64,000 nucleotides of DNA from Poseidonia sp. (lineage in GTDB: Archaea > Thermoplasmatota > Poseidoniia > Poseidoniales > Poseidoniaceae): positions 128,260 to 192,259 of the forward strand of contig JAURAI010000002.1 of NCBI GenBank assembly GCA_030829545.1, in the 5' to 3' direction. Position numbers and translations under genes: made by a program. How positions within the stretch are numbered: the first letter of the stretch is position 1; every line of letters starts with the position of its first letter. The notes beneath the pieces are model-generated. The model had not been told where the DNA came from and ran no database searches. It saw only the letters and a list, made by a program, of their open reading frames with translations. Shown here piece by piece: positions 10,309 to 20,322 of the stretch.

Positions 10309-11703
10309 ATGCAACGCCTCATCCTCTGTTGTGCCATGGCCTTGTCCATGGTCCTTGCAGGTTGTTTCGGCGACGGAAGTTCGGTGGTTGAACAAGAAGA
10401 GGTCGTCCCCATTTGGGAATCCTACGAACGGATTGACGCACAGGCCCATGAGGTTGAACATCAATTTATCACCATCGACCTGAAAACCAACACGACCACA
10501 AATACAACATGGGCTGTGTTTGATGCCACCTACGGAGGCAATTGCTGTGAGCATTACCTCGCCACCTCCATCGAGGGACAAATTCTCAACATTGGCGGCG
10601 AATACCCCGTCTATTCTGCCGACAGAGGTCACGAATGGGACACGTACATCCCACCCGCTTTACCTGATGCGCAGTGCAGAACCTTCGTACCTACCAATCC
10701 GGGTCAAGAAGGACTTGGAGAGGGCAGTATCGTCCAAGCCACGAATGGGGACATCATTTCGATGTCGTGGTTTCCCTATGTCGGAGGCGATTTGAAACTC
10801 GATAAATTCTATGCCATCCTCTTTGACGAATCCGAAGATGAATGGAAGTGGTGCTACAACAGAATTACGGAGCCCTTCTACGACCGCTCGTGGCAAGTTG
10901 AGGTCATCGGGCCCATTTCCTCATCGCTTGGCAGTGGTGAATGGGCAAGCATCGTTGTCTCAAATTTCTGGCACCAAACGCAAAATGCAGGGGGTCAAAT
11001 CAGCGTTGACGGGTTGAATTACTATCCCTTCCAATTCCCGGGCCGAGACGGTGGCGACCCACCGATTGAGCTCGACCTCAATTTCACGGGAGCAGACCTC
11101 CCCGCTTATTGGGACGTCAACAAGCCTCACAAAGAAATGAGAGCCTTCCCGCTACCAAGTGGTGGTTTGGTCTTCCCATCGTACTACAATAACGGTAATG
11201 CGGCGTACATGGACACCAGCCTTTCGTGGAATGAATTGGAAATACAATTCCCATCGGAGTACTGCCAAATTGACCGCGCTGGAACGCTTCATTGCGTTCT
11301 CAACACGGGAACAAGTTTCACTCATTACATGTCACGTGATGGTGCGATGACCTGGTCAAATTACACCTACGACCTCGGTATGACCGCTTCAGAAATTGAA
11401 GAATGGGAATTCCAAAGCAACGGTGAGCTCGACCTCTTCGTACTCAACGTGCGCTACCAGTCCATCGGTGGACCTGATGTTGACACCGTCTACCACGTTC
11501 GGGGATACATGGAGGACATGTCTCCAGATACCCTGACCTATATTGGCCAAGGCGATTTGGACTCAACTTCTGGAGCAGGAAATGACATCCGCTTTGATTT
11601 TGCATCCTTGGGAATTCTCAATGATGGAGGCGTCGTGGTTGCGTATCATGATTCAACAGACCCTGACCCACTGTTTGCGGTTGAACTCGAATTGCCCAAC
11701 TGA
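10309..11703 (+). CDS. Secreted lipobox protein with BNR/sialidase-type repeats (predicted beta-propeller).
   Basis: Signal MQRLILCCAMALSMVLAGCFG (lipobox LAGC). BNR-like S-x-D-x-G-x-x-W motifs SADRGHEW and SRDGAMTW. Confidence 0.6.
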   Translation: MQRLILCCAMALSMVLAGCFGDGSSVVEQEEVVPIWESYERIDAQAHEVEHQFITIDLKTNTTTNTTWAVFDATYGGNCCEHYLATSIEGQILNIGGEYPVYSADRGHEWDTYIPPALPDAQCRTFVPTNPGQEGLGEGSIVQATNGDIISMSWFPYVGGDLKLDKFYAILFDESEDEWKWCYNRITEPFYDRSWQVEVIGPISSSLGSGEWASIVVSNFWHQTQNAGGQISVDGLNYYPFQFPGRDGGDPPIELDLNFTGADLPAYWDVNKPHKEMRAFPLPSGGLVFPSYYNNGNAAYMDTSLSWNELEIQFPSEYCQIDRAGTLHCVLNTGTSFTHYMSRDGAMTWSNYTYDLGMTASEIEEWEFQSNGELDLFVLNVRYQSIGGPDVDTVYHVRGYMEDMSPDTLTYIGQGDLDSTSGAGNDIRFDFASLGILNDGGVVVAYHDSTDPDPLFAVELELPN

Positions 11704-13704
11704 TCAGGATTGAGCAAACATTTCGAGGATGTCTGCAAACAATGCTTTTGCGTGACCCTCGCTCTTTTCCACCAGTCGCTTGACAATCAATTCTGGTGTT
11801 GAACGGGCGAGATGATTGCGCTTTGGAGTTCGGTCAACCATCAATTCAAGGTCGGCTCCCAGACCACTGGCCTCAATTCCATCGACACGTAAATCATCAC
11901 GTTGGGTTGCTTCCAAGATAGCGGGGGCGAGGTGCGTCACGAGCATCATGGTCGTATCCCGTTGTGCTTCTGCGGCGAGCAGCATTCCAGCAATGATTCG
12001 GGCTCCGGCACCTGGTTCAGTGATGGCTTCCAATTCGTCTGCCAAAATCAACTTCGGTGTTGGGTCACTGACCACAGTCGCAAGTTCGACCAGGGTTTGT
12101 TCCAATGCTCCCGCACTTTGTGTACCACCAGCTTTTGCGAGGATGTGAAGCGCATCAACTCGGCCCACCCGTGCAGACAAGGCTGGCACGGGCAACCCCA
12201 TGTGTGCGAGGATGGCCGCATAAGCCAAGCACTCCAAGAGGGTCGTTTTTCCTCCCGAATTGGCCCCTGTAAGCAAAGCGAGGGATTGCTGGTCCACGGG
12301 TGGTGCAGCCTGTCCCAATCCGTATGTCACCGGATCGGGCTTCACACCCAGTAGGATATGACGGCCTTCTTCTAACCATATGCCGTGGTCGACCAGTTCG
12401 GGCATGACGCACGAATCATGGATGGCCCAACGGGCAATCGCCAACCACTGGTCGGCTTCAATCATGTACTGAATCGCCGTTTCACAGCGTTGCTTCATTG
12501 GCCCAAGCCGTGTTGCAAGAGCAACGAGATGCTCTGTCTTCTCTGCTTTCAACTTCGACTCGAGAGCGGCGTCAATCCCGTCAATCGTTTGACGGTCTAT
12601 TTTTGCCGGCCAAGCATTGGTGAAGATTTCATACGGGCAACGCAGACTCGCAGGTTCCAAAAAGACTGCGAGTTCGTCCCGAGCCTTTTGCATGGCCTCT
12701 TGGATGACATGCCCGGTTGCTTCCTTCAATTTCCTCTGAAAACCTGCCCCGTCCGAAAGAGCCTCGAGCAGTTCAGCGCCCGACAGCGCCATTTTGGCAT
12801 CGTTCATGGCCTGCTCTACTTCGTCATTGACGCCCGATTCGAGGTCTTTTGCCACCGTCCACAATTCGTCCTTGATGCGAGTGACTTCTTCAACCTGCGA
12901 CGCGTCTCCGAGCATTCCCATCATTTCGGGTAGTTCGCCCAATTCCTTCAGTGAGGCAATGAGCTTAGCCAATACTGCATTCTCAGGAACTTCACCCCTG
13001 CCATAAGCCTCGACGAGAGAACATAGGATGTTCAGGGATTTTCGGTTGTGGCTGAACCAGTCAATGGTCCGCTCTGGAAGAATCAATGCCTCTTCGGGAG
13101 AACTTCCAAGAACCAACCAACCATCAGGAGCCTGCATCGGCGCACCACTTCCAATCCATGTAACCGTTTTGAATACCGTATAGTCCTTCCATGATTCCTT
13201 TTCAGCCGGCTGGAGGACACGGCAAAAGCGCTTGAGATCATCACGCGGTCGGGAGGACACAACCACGCGCTCATAACGTTCCTGTACCTCTTTGGGTCGG
13301 CCAAGCCCCTGCCATTCTTGTTGGATACTTGTCAACCAATCCGAAGGAAGAGTGAGTGCTGCAGAGGCGAATTCACGTCGTTCATCTGGATTTTGTACCG
13401 GTGTCAATAACGCCATGCGTTGACGGGAAGGGCTGCATGATGCGAAGTTTTGGAGGTGGCTGAGCAAATCTTGATGGAGGCGTCGCGCTTCCTTGGTTGC
13501 GAGAAAACCCCCTTCTTCACCTGCGTATTGACGGGCCAAACTCAAGGCACGCTTGACCGACAGGCCATCGACTTCCGCTAAACGGGCTACATCGCCTGAG
13601 GCGAGCGTTGACACGACCGCGTCTTCGGACCCAAAGTGTTCAGTCATCTTCGAAGCCATTCGCTCGCTTACGCCTGGAATTGATGTCAGTACCATGAGCA
13701 ACAT
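11704..13704 (-). CDS. MutS-family ATPase (archaeal MutS2-like, domain V) with an N-terminal helix-hairpin-helix region. No Smr domain visible.
   Basis: LLTGANSGGKTTLLE (MutS Walker A), ILADELEAITEP (Walker B), MLVTHL. The N-terminus IPGVSERMASKMTEHFGS...VDGLSVKRALSL is HhH-like. Confidence 0.75.
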   Translation of the reverse strand: MLLMVLTSIPGVSERMASKMTEHFGSEDAVVSTLASGDVARLAEVDGLSVKRALSLARQYAGEEGGFLATKEARRLHQDLLSHLQNFASCSPSRQRMALLTPVQNPDERREFASAALTLPSDWLTSIQQEWQGLGRPKEVQERYERVVVSSRPRDDLKRFCRVLQPAEKESWKDYTVFKTVTWIGSGAPMQAPDGWLVLGSSPEEALILPERTIDWFSHNRKSLNILCSLVEAYGRGEVPENAVLAKLIASLKELGELPEMMGMLGDASQVEEVTRIKDELWTVAKDLESGVNDEVEQAMNDAKMALSGAELLEALSDGAGFQRKLKEATGHVIQEAMQKARDELAVFLEPASLRCPYEIFTNAWPAKIDRQTIDGIDAALESKLKAEKTEHLVALATRLGPMKQRCETAIQYMIEADQWLAIARWAIHDSCVMPELVDHGIWLEEGRHILLGVKPDPVTYGLGQAAPPVDQQSLALLTGANSGGKTTLLECLAYAAILAHMGLPVPALSARVGRVDALHILAKAGGTQSAGALEQTLVELATVVSDPTPKLILADELEAITEPGAGARIIAGMLLAAEAQRDTTMMLVTHLAPAILEATQRDDLRVDGIEASGLGADLELMVDRTPKRNHLARSTPELIVKRLVEKSEGHAKALFADILEMFAQS

Positions 13705-13883
13705 CGTTTGTCAAGGGCTTAAGAGGATGACGCTGGGTGATGGGGTCCAAAGGTCAAAATGAAGCAATTTGAATTCGACCAGTGTTCTGGTGAATACATG
13801 ATTGGTGCGAGGCACCAGTGAAATGGAAAAACTGCGTGCACCACGCATCGTCCAAAGATGAATTCCCAGGCGTTTAGTGGCGA

Positions 13884-15692
13884 TCAGCACAAGCGCTGAC
13901 CGTCCCCTTCACCGTACACGTGCATGGGTGCTTGGAACAGAGCGTCGCACGGACGGTCAAGGAGGGGGAGCGTGAGGGTGGCCTGGGACCAATCGATGGA
14001 ATACGAACCCATGCTTGCAGGAGATGGTACGTAGTCATAGCCCGTTTGTGTCATAGTAATCTCAAGTGTATCTCCGGCTTCAAGATACACGTCCATGGGA
14101 AGGAATTCCATTTTCCCCAATACGGTTGAGAATGGCACAAGGACCTCTTGTCCGTCTCGGCCACCTTCATGGAAACGGTAGTCCATCACGGCGTGGCCGA
14201 GGTGCATCCCGTTGCCGTCGTTCATGGTCAAGAAGCCATGTGCGCCGTTGGTTGTATGCGGGGTAATTGGTATGTGGAAACTCGGCATCCCTACGATGTG
14301 AGTACCGTTTTCAAACGGTCCATAGGTCATGGTGATCGACCCTGTTGAACCTCCGATTGAAGCCCCTGTAGGGTTGAGGTCGGCTCCGTTAATTTCCAAG
14401 TAATTCGTATCCGCAGGAGGATAGGTCGCTTCGAATCGCCATCCGCCACGGTTGTCCTGCATCTCAACGCCAAGGATCGGTGCTTCACCTTCCCCTTTGA
14501 GGTACCAGTCAAACCAGTACAGCATCTCGTCGGCCCAATCCCAACGGAGGGTGTAAGGGTACGCTTCTGCGCCTTCACCTGATGGCAAAGCACTGTGACC
14601 GGATTTACGGTCCGGATAATCATGCGCCCATTGACCAGCGAGAGTTTTGATTTCGATACCAGCTTCCTCAACGAGTTGATGAGCGGGGAATGCCATGTGC
14701 GGGTCAACGTTCCAGTCTTGCATACCTTGGATAATGTACACTGAGCCGTTGTAATTGGCCAGAGCCCGGTCGAGGAAGGAGCGTGAGGTCCAGTAATCGT
14801 TACCTGCGTATGTCACCATGCCGCCACTGAGGTAAGCGGCTGGGCCGTTAGCATAACCCTGAAGGTAGCCTTCACAGAGATTTTCAGTGTCTTCAACATC
14901 GCCGTCAACACCGAAAGAGCCGTACACGCCGTTGTGCATGATCATGCCACGTGCTTCCATGCTGCCGTTGCGCCACATCAAATCGTGAACACCGATCAGT
15001 CCGGACATCGGCACGATGGTAGCGAGATGCGGATTTCCAAAGGTAGCGGCTTGCCAAGGTGTTGAACCGTCGTAGGATTTGCCGATGATACCGACCTTTC
15101 CGTTTGACCATGATTGCGTTCCCAACCAAGTGACTGCTGCGTCGATACCCCGTTGTTCATCGGTCCCCATCAAGTCCATGCAATGGTTGGATTCTCCCGT
15201 TCCAAAGACTGACACTTGCGCAACACCAAAGCCGTGGGGCACATAATTTTCAATCAGCATTTTTCCGAGTCGGTCAGCAGGCGTGAGGGCGTCAACGTCA
15301 CCGTCGTTGTAGTACGGGCCTATTTCTGCAATAACGGGAACTTGACACTCTTCTCCATTGGATTCGCTTTCCCAGTCGCATCCTTCGATAACGGGCAACC
15401 ATAGTCCGAGGTGAACCACAGCACCACCTGTCAAACCTGCGCCCCCGTCCGCAGCCGTGATGCTGGGTACGGGAACATAGACCGAACGAACGGTGTCGAT
15501 AGCGTGGGAACCGTTGACGGTCACCCGCGCATAGATGTCTTGGTCATCGTAGGAAAGTTGACTGCGCTCCCAAGGTTGTGGATACGCTCCTTGTTGACCA
15601 TCGGATTGGTCAACGGCATCATCTTCGCCAAAACAGCCCGCCAACATGCTCGTTGCAAAGAGAGCAACGATGAGCATGGGTTTGAGGTTCAT
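13884..15692 (-). CDS. X-Pro dipeptidyl-peptidase / CocE-NonD family serine hydrolase (S15), lipobox-anchored.
   Basis: [10 protein letters not shown] nucleophile elbow; alpha/beta hydrolase plus C-terminal beta-sandwich colinearity. Signal [22 protein letters not shown]. An alternative GTG start at 15746 overlaps the trxA stop by 4 nt. Confidence 0.8.
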   Translation of the reverse strand: MNLKPMLIVALFATSMLAGCFGEDDAVDQSDGQQGAYPQPWERSQLSYDDQDIYARVTVNGSHAIDTVRSVYVPVPSITAADGGAGLTGGAVVHLGLWLPVIEGCDWESESNGEECQVPVIAEIGPYYNDGDVDALTPADRLGKMLIENYVPHGFGVAQVSVFGTGESNHCMDLMGTDEQRGIDAAVTWLGTQSWSNGKVGIIGKSYDGSTPWQAATFGNPHLATIVPMSGLIGVHDLMWRNGSMEARGMIMHNGVYGSFGVDGDVEDTENLCEGYLQGYANGPAAYLSGGMVTYAGNDYWTSRSFLDRALANYNGSVYIIQGMQDWNVDPHMAFPAHQLVEEAGIEIKTLAGQWAHDYPDRKSGHSALPSGEGAEAYPYTLRWDWADEMLYWFDWYLKGEGEAPILGVEMQDNRGGWRFEATYPPADTNYLEINGADLNPTGASIGGSTGSITMTYGPFENGTHIVGMPSFHIPITPHTTNGAHGFLTMNDGNGMHLGHAVMDYRFHEGGRDGQEVLVPFSTVLGKMEFLPMDVYLEAGDTLEITMTQTGYDYVPSPASMGSYSIDWSQATLTLPLLDRPCDALFQAPMHVYGEGDGQRLC

Positions 15693-15742
15693 GCCTCTCG
15701 GTGCAAGGGGTATTTCTTGAATCAATCGGCCGGGCGTGTGAC

Positions 15743-16114
15743 TCACTCGTCGCCGCCTTCTTTCGCTTCCATCTCTGCACGAACTTCGTCCATGTTGAGT
15801 TCTTTGAGTTTCTCTACAAGGTCTCTGAGGGCGTCTTCAGGAAGTGCACCGGGTTGCATGAACACACCAATTCCTTCCTTGAAAGCGATGGTTGTTGGGA
15901 TAGAGCGAATACCGAACATACCGGCCAAACCTTGCTGGTCTTCGGTGTCGATTTTGCCAAAGACCACGTCTGGGAATTCTTCCGAGACTCGTTCGTAAAC
16001 TGGTCCGTAGGCCTTGCAGGGACCGCACCATTCAGCCCAGAAATCAAGGATTACAAGGTCGTTGCCTTCGATTGTTTCCGCAAATGTGGGTTCGGTCAAA
16101 TTGAGTGTGGCCAT
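15743..16114 (-). CDS. trxA: Thioredoxin
   Basis: WAEWCGPCK active site; ~120 aa thioredoxin fold pattern (FGIRSIPT). Confidence 0.9.
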   Translation of the reverse strand: MATLNLTEPTFAETIEGNDLVILDFWAEWCGPCKAYGPVYERVSEEFPDVVFGKIDTEDQQGLAGMFGIRSIPTTIAFKEGIGVFMQPGALPEDALRDLVEKLKELNMDEVRAEMEAKEGGDE

Positions 16115-16209
16115 ATACGAACCTGCAACTCAGCCTTTTTGAAGTCATGTGAATCTCCCAATTCTAACAAGGGTTTGATTCATGAAGCGTCAAGCGGTGC
16201 GCGGATACA

Positions 16210-18765
16210 ATGAGAAGCGTATTCCTTGTATTTTTGCTCACAACTCTGTTGACGTGTTCAACAACCGTAACCCCGTATGCGCTCCAAGCAGACCAAGAAA
16301 TCATGGAAGTTCAGGGTCGCAGCACGGACGTTCGAATCAGCGAAATTCTCGTCTCGGCTTCCTCCGAAGACTACAATGGAACCGACTGGAATAACGATGG
16401 CTACATCGGTTCAACCTCCGACCAATTTATCGAACTTTGGAACGCAGGTACTTCTCCAGTTGATGTCTCTGATTGGCTGCTCGATGATGCCATAGGAGCG
16501 GGGTCTGCCCCATGCCGGTTGGCTTGGAACACGACGATTGAAGCGGGAGAATACATCGTTATTTTCAGAGACAGTTCCCGCATTGAACTCGATTATTGGG
16601 ACGGTGACACCGCCACCATATCGGACGCTTCTGGTCAATTGATTGACAGCCTCACCTTCCCCGGAGAAGATTCTTGGTGGGACACTTCCTACGTGAAGGC
16701 CAATGACGGAACCATCACCAAGGTGGAACCGCCCACGCCAGGTTGGGATGGAAGCGGTACCTACGCCATCGCTCAAAACATGGTACGCTGTTACGGTCTT
16801 AGCGACAACGTCCACGAAGGAGCATACGTCCTGAAAGGACGCGTGGTCCCGATGACGGGGGAAGCATCGGTCATCAACGAAGGGCATGTTCTGGTTCAAG
16901 ACGGCTTGATTGAAGCCGTTTGGGGCGACCAAATTCCAGGCGACGTGCAATTGACCAACGTCCCAGTGATCGAAACCAACGGAACCATTTACCCCGGCTT
17001 GATTGACTTGCACAACCATTTGCACTACAACCAAGCCCCTCTTTGGGACATGGAACCCCACCTCTCGACTCAGAATCGAAATGAATGGGGCGGCTACAAC
17101 AATCGCTACGAATGGAAGAACCATCCTGATTACAGTGAACATGTGACGAAGCCGAAGATGTTGGTTCACTCGGGTCCCTATTGGAACATGGAATCTCAAG
17201 CCATGAAATACATCGAGATGAAATCCGTCGTTGGAGGCACAACCGCAGCACAAGGCGGTCCAAGCAACCCTGACGACAGTTATGCAACCATTCTTTCCCG
17301 CAACATCGAGGATTACAATTTCGGCAGGGATGAAATTCACACGAAGGTGACGGAACTTACCTCGGATTACGTCGGCAACCACATCAAAAATGGGAATGCG
17401 AGCGGAGAACTCGATGCGTGGTTCGTTCACATCGCTGAAGGTGTCGACGAACGCAGCAGAGGTGAATTCGACATTCTTGTTCAAAATAACCTCCTCGTCG
17501 GAGAACTTGTCTTGATCCATGGTGTAGCCTTGACCGCCAATGAATTCACACAAATGGCCAATGCAGGCTCAACCTTGGTCTGGTCACCCCTTTCCAATCT
17601 CCTTCTTTACGGCCAAACCGCCGATGTCGCAGCGGCAAAGGCAGCTGGCGTGCACATCACGCTGGCACCAGATTGGGCACCATCTGGGTCAAAATCGCCT
17701 CTCCACGAACTCAAAGTTGCTGATATGTGGGATGATGAAAAACTTGGAGACATCTTCACGGATTACGAAATGGTCGAAATGGTGACCTCAGGTGCCGCAT
17801 TGGCCACCAATTGGCAGAACGAAGTAGGCACACTTGCTCCGGGAACGGCTGCAGACATCGTCGTGATTGACAACATTCACGCTGACCCCTATCGTAACCT
17901 CATCAATGCCGTTGACCCTGATGTCCGCCTGTCGGTTGTCGGTGGGCTACCACTGTACGGTGACGCCGACATCATGACTGCTCTCAAGGGCAGCGACCAC
18001 GAACCAGCAGGTAATTTTGACAAGATGCTTGATGTCACCTTCCTATCGGCTCCTGAAGGTGCTCAAACATGGGCCTCAATAACTGAGAACCTCACCATGG
18101 CCATGCGCTTTGACACGGATGAAATGTCGGCTGCATTCGGTGATGCAAGCGACTTCAGCAGCGTCACATCCGGAATGACCGAAGTGGGACTTGACCCTTG
18201 GTATACCTACGGTGATGAACGTTACTTCAACGTCCTCAACACCTCTACCACTGCGAATTCGCAGTGGGACATGTCGATGCTTTACGACCGGTATTACGAC
18301 CGAGATGAAAACCTCCCGCCAGTCACTGACTTTGCGGTCATCGAAGCCCATGATGAAACGTGTGCGGACGGAACGGCCCCCCCGTGTGATACGACCGGAA
18401 ATACAGGCGGTACCGCGGATAATACGGATAACACGGACAATACCGACACCACCAACGACGGGACGACCAATACCAACGATGATACAACCGACGATGATAA
18501 CAGCGCTGCCATCAACAATCCACTTGACGATGCTCAATCTGAGGAGGAAATAACGAGGCAAAATGCCCTCTTCCTCTTCTTTGGAATTGTCGTCGTCCTC
18601 CTTGTCGCCCTCTACTTTGTTTCAAGGGGTGGAGAAGACGCCCTCGCTGCTGAGGTCCGCATCGAGAAAATGTGGGATGAACAAAGCGAAGCAGAAACTG
18701 AATCCTTCGTGCCAGAACTACCACCATTGGTGCCGCCAGCAGGCAAGGTCAGCGAAGAAGAGTGA
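16210..18765 (+). CDS. Secreted, C-terminally anchored lamin-tail-domain (LTD) plus metal-dependent amidohydrolase-superfamily enzyme.
   Basis: Signal peptide MRSVFLVFLLTTLLTCS. LTD pattern VRISEIL...DQFIELWNAGTSPVDVSDWLLDD. Amidohydrolase motif PGLIDLHNHLHYN. Thr/Asn/Asp-rich stalk (DNTDNTDNTDTT...), TM helix ALFLFFGIVVVLLVALYFV, and a short cytoplasmic tail containing ELPPLVPPAG. Confidence 0.75.
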   Translation: MRSVFLVFLLTTLLTCSTTVTPYALQADQEIMEVQGRSTDVRISEILVSASSEDYNGTDWNNDGYIGSTSDQFIELWNAGTSPVDVSDWLLDDAIGAGSAPCRLAWNTTIEAGEYIVIFRDSSRIELDYWDGDTATISDASGQLIDSLTFPGEDSWWDTSYVKANDGTITKVEPPTPGWDGSGTYAIAQNMVRCYGLSDNVHEGAYVLKGRVVPMTGEASVINEGHVLVQDGLIEAVWGDQIPGDVQLTNVPVIETNGTIYPGLIDLHNHLHYNQAPLWDMEPHLSTQNRNEWGGYNNRYEWKNHPDYSEHVTKPKMLVHSGPYWNMESQAMKYIEMKSVVGGTTAAQGGPSNPDDSYATILSRNIEDYNFGRDEIHTKVTELTSDYVGNHIKNGNASGELDAWFVHIAEGVDERSRGEFDILVQNNLLVGELVLIHGVALTANEFTQMANAGSTLVWSPLSNLLLYGQTADVAAAKAAGVHITLAPDWAPSGSKSPLHELKVADMWDDEKLGDIFTDYEMVEMVTSGAALATNWQNEVGTLAPGTAADIVVIDNIHADPYRNLINAVDPDVRLSVVGGLPLYGDADIMTALKGSDHEPAGNFDKMLDVTFLSAPEGAQTWASITENLTMAMRFDTDEMSAAFGDASDFSSVTSGMTEVGLDPWYTYGDERYFNVLNTSTTANSQWDMSMLYDRYYDRDENLPPVTDFAVIEAHDETCADGTAPPCDTTGNTGGTADNTDNTDNTDTTNDGTTNTNDDTTDDDNSAAINNPLDDAQSEEEITRQNALFLFFGIVVVLLVALYFVSRGGEDALAAEVRIEKMWDEQSEAETESFVPELPPLVPPAGKVSEEE

Positions 18766-20253
18766 TCAGACCAAGTCCCACTCTGGACCGCTTGCTGTAT
18801 CGGTAACGACGACGCCCAGAGCGACAAGTTCGTCACGAATCGCATCGGCTTGTGGCCAATCTTTTGCGGCTCTTGCTTCACCACGACGAAGCAGGAGTGC
18901 CTCAACTTGGTCGGCAATTTCTGTACGGCGAGGGTCTTCTTCTGGCTCGGCCAAAGCGATTTCACGTGTAGGAAGAACACCCAAGACTCGTCCTGCTGTT
19001 TCTTCAAGAAGGTCAACGCCGTAGTGTGCAAATGCATTCATGTCAGCCTCATCAAGACCGCTTTGTAGCCCACGGCTGATTTCTCGAACCATGCCCAACA
19101 CCTTGGCGACGCCTTCTCTTGAGTTGAAATCGTCATCCAGCGCTTTAGCAAAGCCTTCAGCCATTTTTTCGAGCAGTCCAAGAGATTTCACAAGGGGTTG
19201 ATTGGATGTGATATCTGCGGGTGGGAGAGGTACTGGGTCAGGGCTACCGCAGGCTTTGAGAGCAGCGACATAGCAGCTGAGAAGTCGGTTGTAATTTCGT
19301 TCTGCATCGTTGAGGAGACTTTCATTCATGTCAATAGGTGAGCGATAATGTGCATTGACGAGGGCAAAGCGCAGAACCATGGCATCGACCTTTTCCAAAA
19401 TCTCTTGGATGGTCCAGAAATTGCCCAGTGACTTGCTCATTTTTTCCCCATCGATGTTCACAAAGCCGTTGTGCAACCAATGATGGACAACGGGTGAATG
19501 GCCAGTATGGCATTCACCTTGGAAGATCTCAGCCTCGTGGTGAGGGAAGCGGAGATCGTGCCCTCCTCCATGGATGTCAAATTCACGCTCAAAATAATCC
19601 AGCGACATTGCGGTACATTCAATGTGCCATCCCGGACGCCCCGGGCCCCAAGGTGAGTCCCAGGTCGGCTCGCCGGGTTTGGCCGCTTTCCACAAGGCGA
19701 AATCCTTGTGGTCACGTTTGCTCGAGCCAGTACCATCAACGCGCCCTCCTGCTCCAGAGCGTACTGCTTCAATGGATTGGCCCGTGAGTTGACCAAATTT
19801 CTCAGGTGCTGAATCAACATGGAAATAAACTCCATCGTCGGCAACATATGCGTTCTCTTTCTCGATTAAGTCCTCAGTGATCCGAATCATATCGTCAACA
19901 TATTCTGTACAACGCGGATAATGGTCTGCTCGAAGGATGTTCAGTGCGTCCATATCTTCGTAATAACCTTCGATGTTTTGGTCAACCAAGGCCGTCCAAT
20001 CACCATTGATTTCATTTGCACGTTGAATGATTTTATCGTCGATATCGGTGAAATTTTGAACGTAATTTACGTCATAGCCACTGACTTCAAGCCATCGATG
20101 AATCAAGTCGAAAGCCAAATAGCAACGTGCATGTCCCAAATGGCACCGGTCGTAAACGGTAACACCGCAGACATACATCGACACCTTACCGGGCTCAAGG
20201 GTGGTGAAGTCCACCTTTATTCGCCGACGGGTATCATGGACGCGAATTGGCAT
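18766..20253 (-). CDS. cysS: Cysteinyl-tRNA synthetase
   Basis: CGVTVYDRCHLGHARCY (HIGH-type) and GEKMSKSLGN (KMSKS). Start set at MPIRVHDT (20253); the ORF extends to 20289. Confidence 0.95.
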   Translation of the reverse strand: MPIRVHDTRRRIKVDFTTLEPGKVSMYVCGVTVYDRCHLGHARCYLAFDLIHRWLEVSGYDVNYVQNFTDIDDKIIQRANEINGDWTALVDQNIEGYYEDMDALNILRADHYPRCTEYVDDMIRITEDLIEKENAYVADDGVYFHVDSAPEKFGQLTGQSIEAVRSGAGGRVDGTGSSKRDHKDFALWKAAKPGEPTWDSPWGPGRPGWHIECTAMSLDYFEREFDIHGGGHDLRFPHHEAEIFQGECHTGHSPVVHHWLHNGFVNIDGEKMSKSLGNFWTIQEILEKVDAMVLRFALVNAHYRSPIDMNESLLNDAERNYNRLLSCYVAALKACGSPDPVPLPPADITSNQPLVKSLGLLEKMAEGFAKALDDDFNSREGVAKVLGMVREISRGLQSGLDEADMNAFAHYGVDLLEETAGRVLGVLPTREIALAEPEEDPRRTEIADQVEALLLRRGEARAAKDWPQADAIRDELVALGVVVTDTASGPEWDLV

Positions 20254-20322
20254 GGGGTACAGTACATCGGTGGAGGTTTCCCACTTCAAGGTTCATACGG
20301 GACCCGCTATTGGAATGACCAT

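Noticed and set aside
9958-10632. 224-aa minus-strand ORF spanning the end of the BtuF-like gene and the start of the BNR lipoprotein gene.
   Set aside because: It overlaps two well-supported plus-strand genes and crosses their intergenic region. It has no motifs, so it is a shadow ORF.
13705-13883. The longest non-coding gap (179 nt), checked for a tRNA or other small RNA. The other gaps, 22658-22741, 43472-43551, 44599-44689 and 59217-59281, were checked too.
   Set aside because: I found no T-loop (GTTCRANYC-like) box, no acceptor-stem complementarity and no obvious strong hairpin by eye. A covariance-model scan (tRNAscan-SE/Infernal) would be needed to exclude small ncRNAs formally.
16411-17553. 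380-aa ORF on the minus strand, inside and antisense to the LTD-amidohydrolase gene.
   Set aside because: It is a shadow ORF. Its translation is low-complexity with no motifs. The plus-strand frame carries clear amidohydrolase and LTD motifs and a signal peptide. Long antisense open frames of this kind recur through the window.
19921-20322. 5' extension of the epimerase/dehydratase ORF, which gives 473 aa in the ORF track.
   Set aside because: The extension lies entirely antisense to cysS and has no homology-like pattern. The Rossmann GxxGxxG motif follows immediately after the internal ATG at 20323. Similar rejected extensions are 6028-6186 (ileS), 25791-25934 (mvk), 57144-57425 (radical SAM), 46790-46879 (nmd3) and 26974-26991 (tbp).
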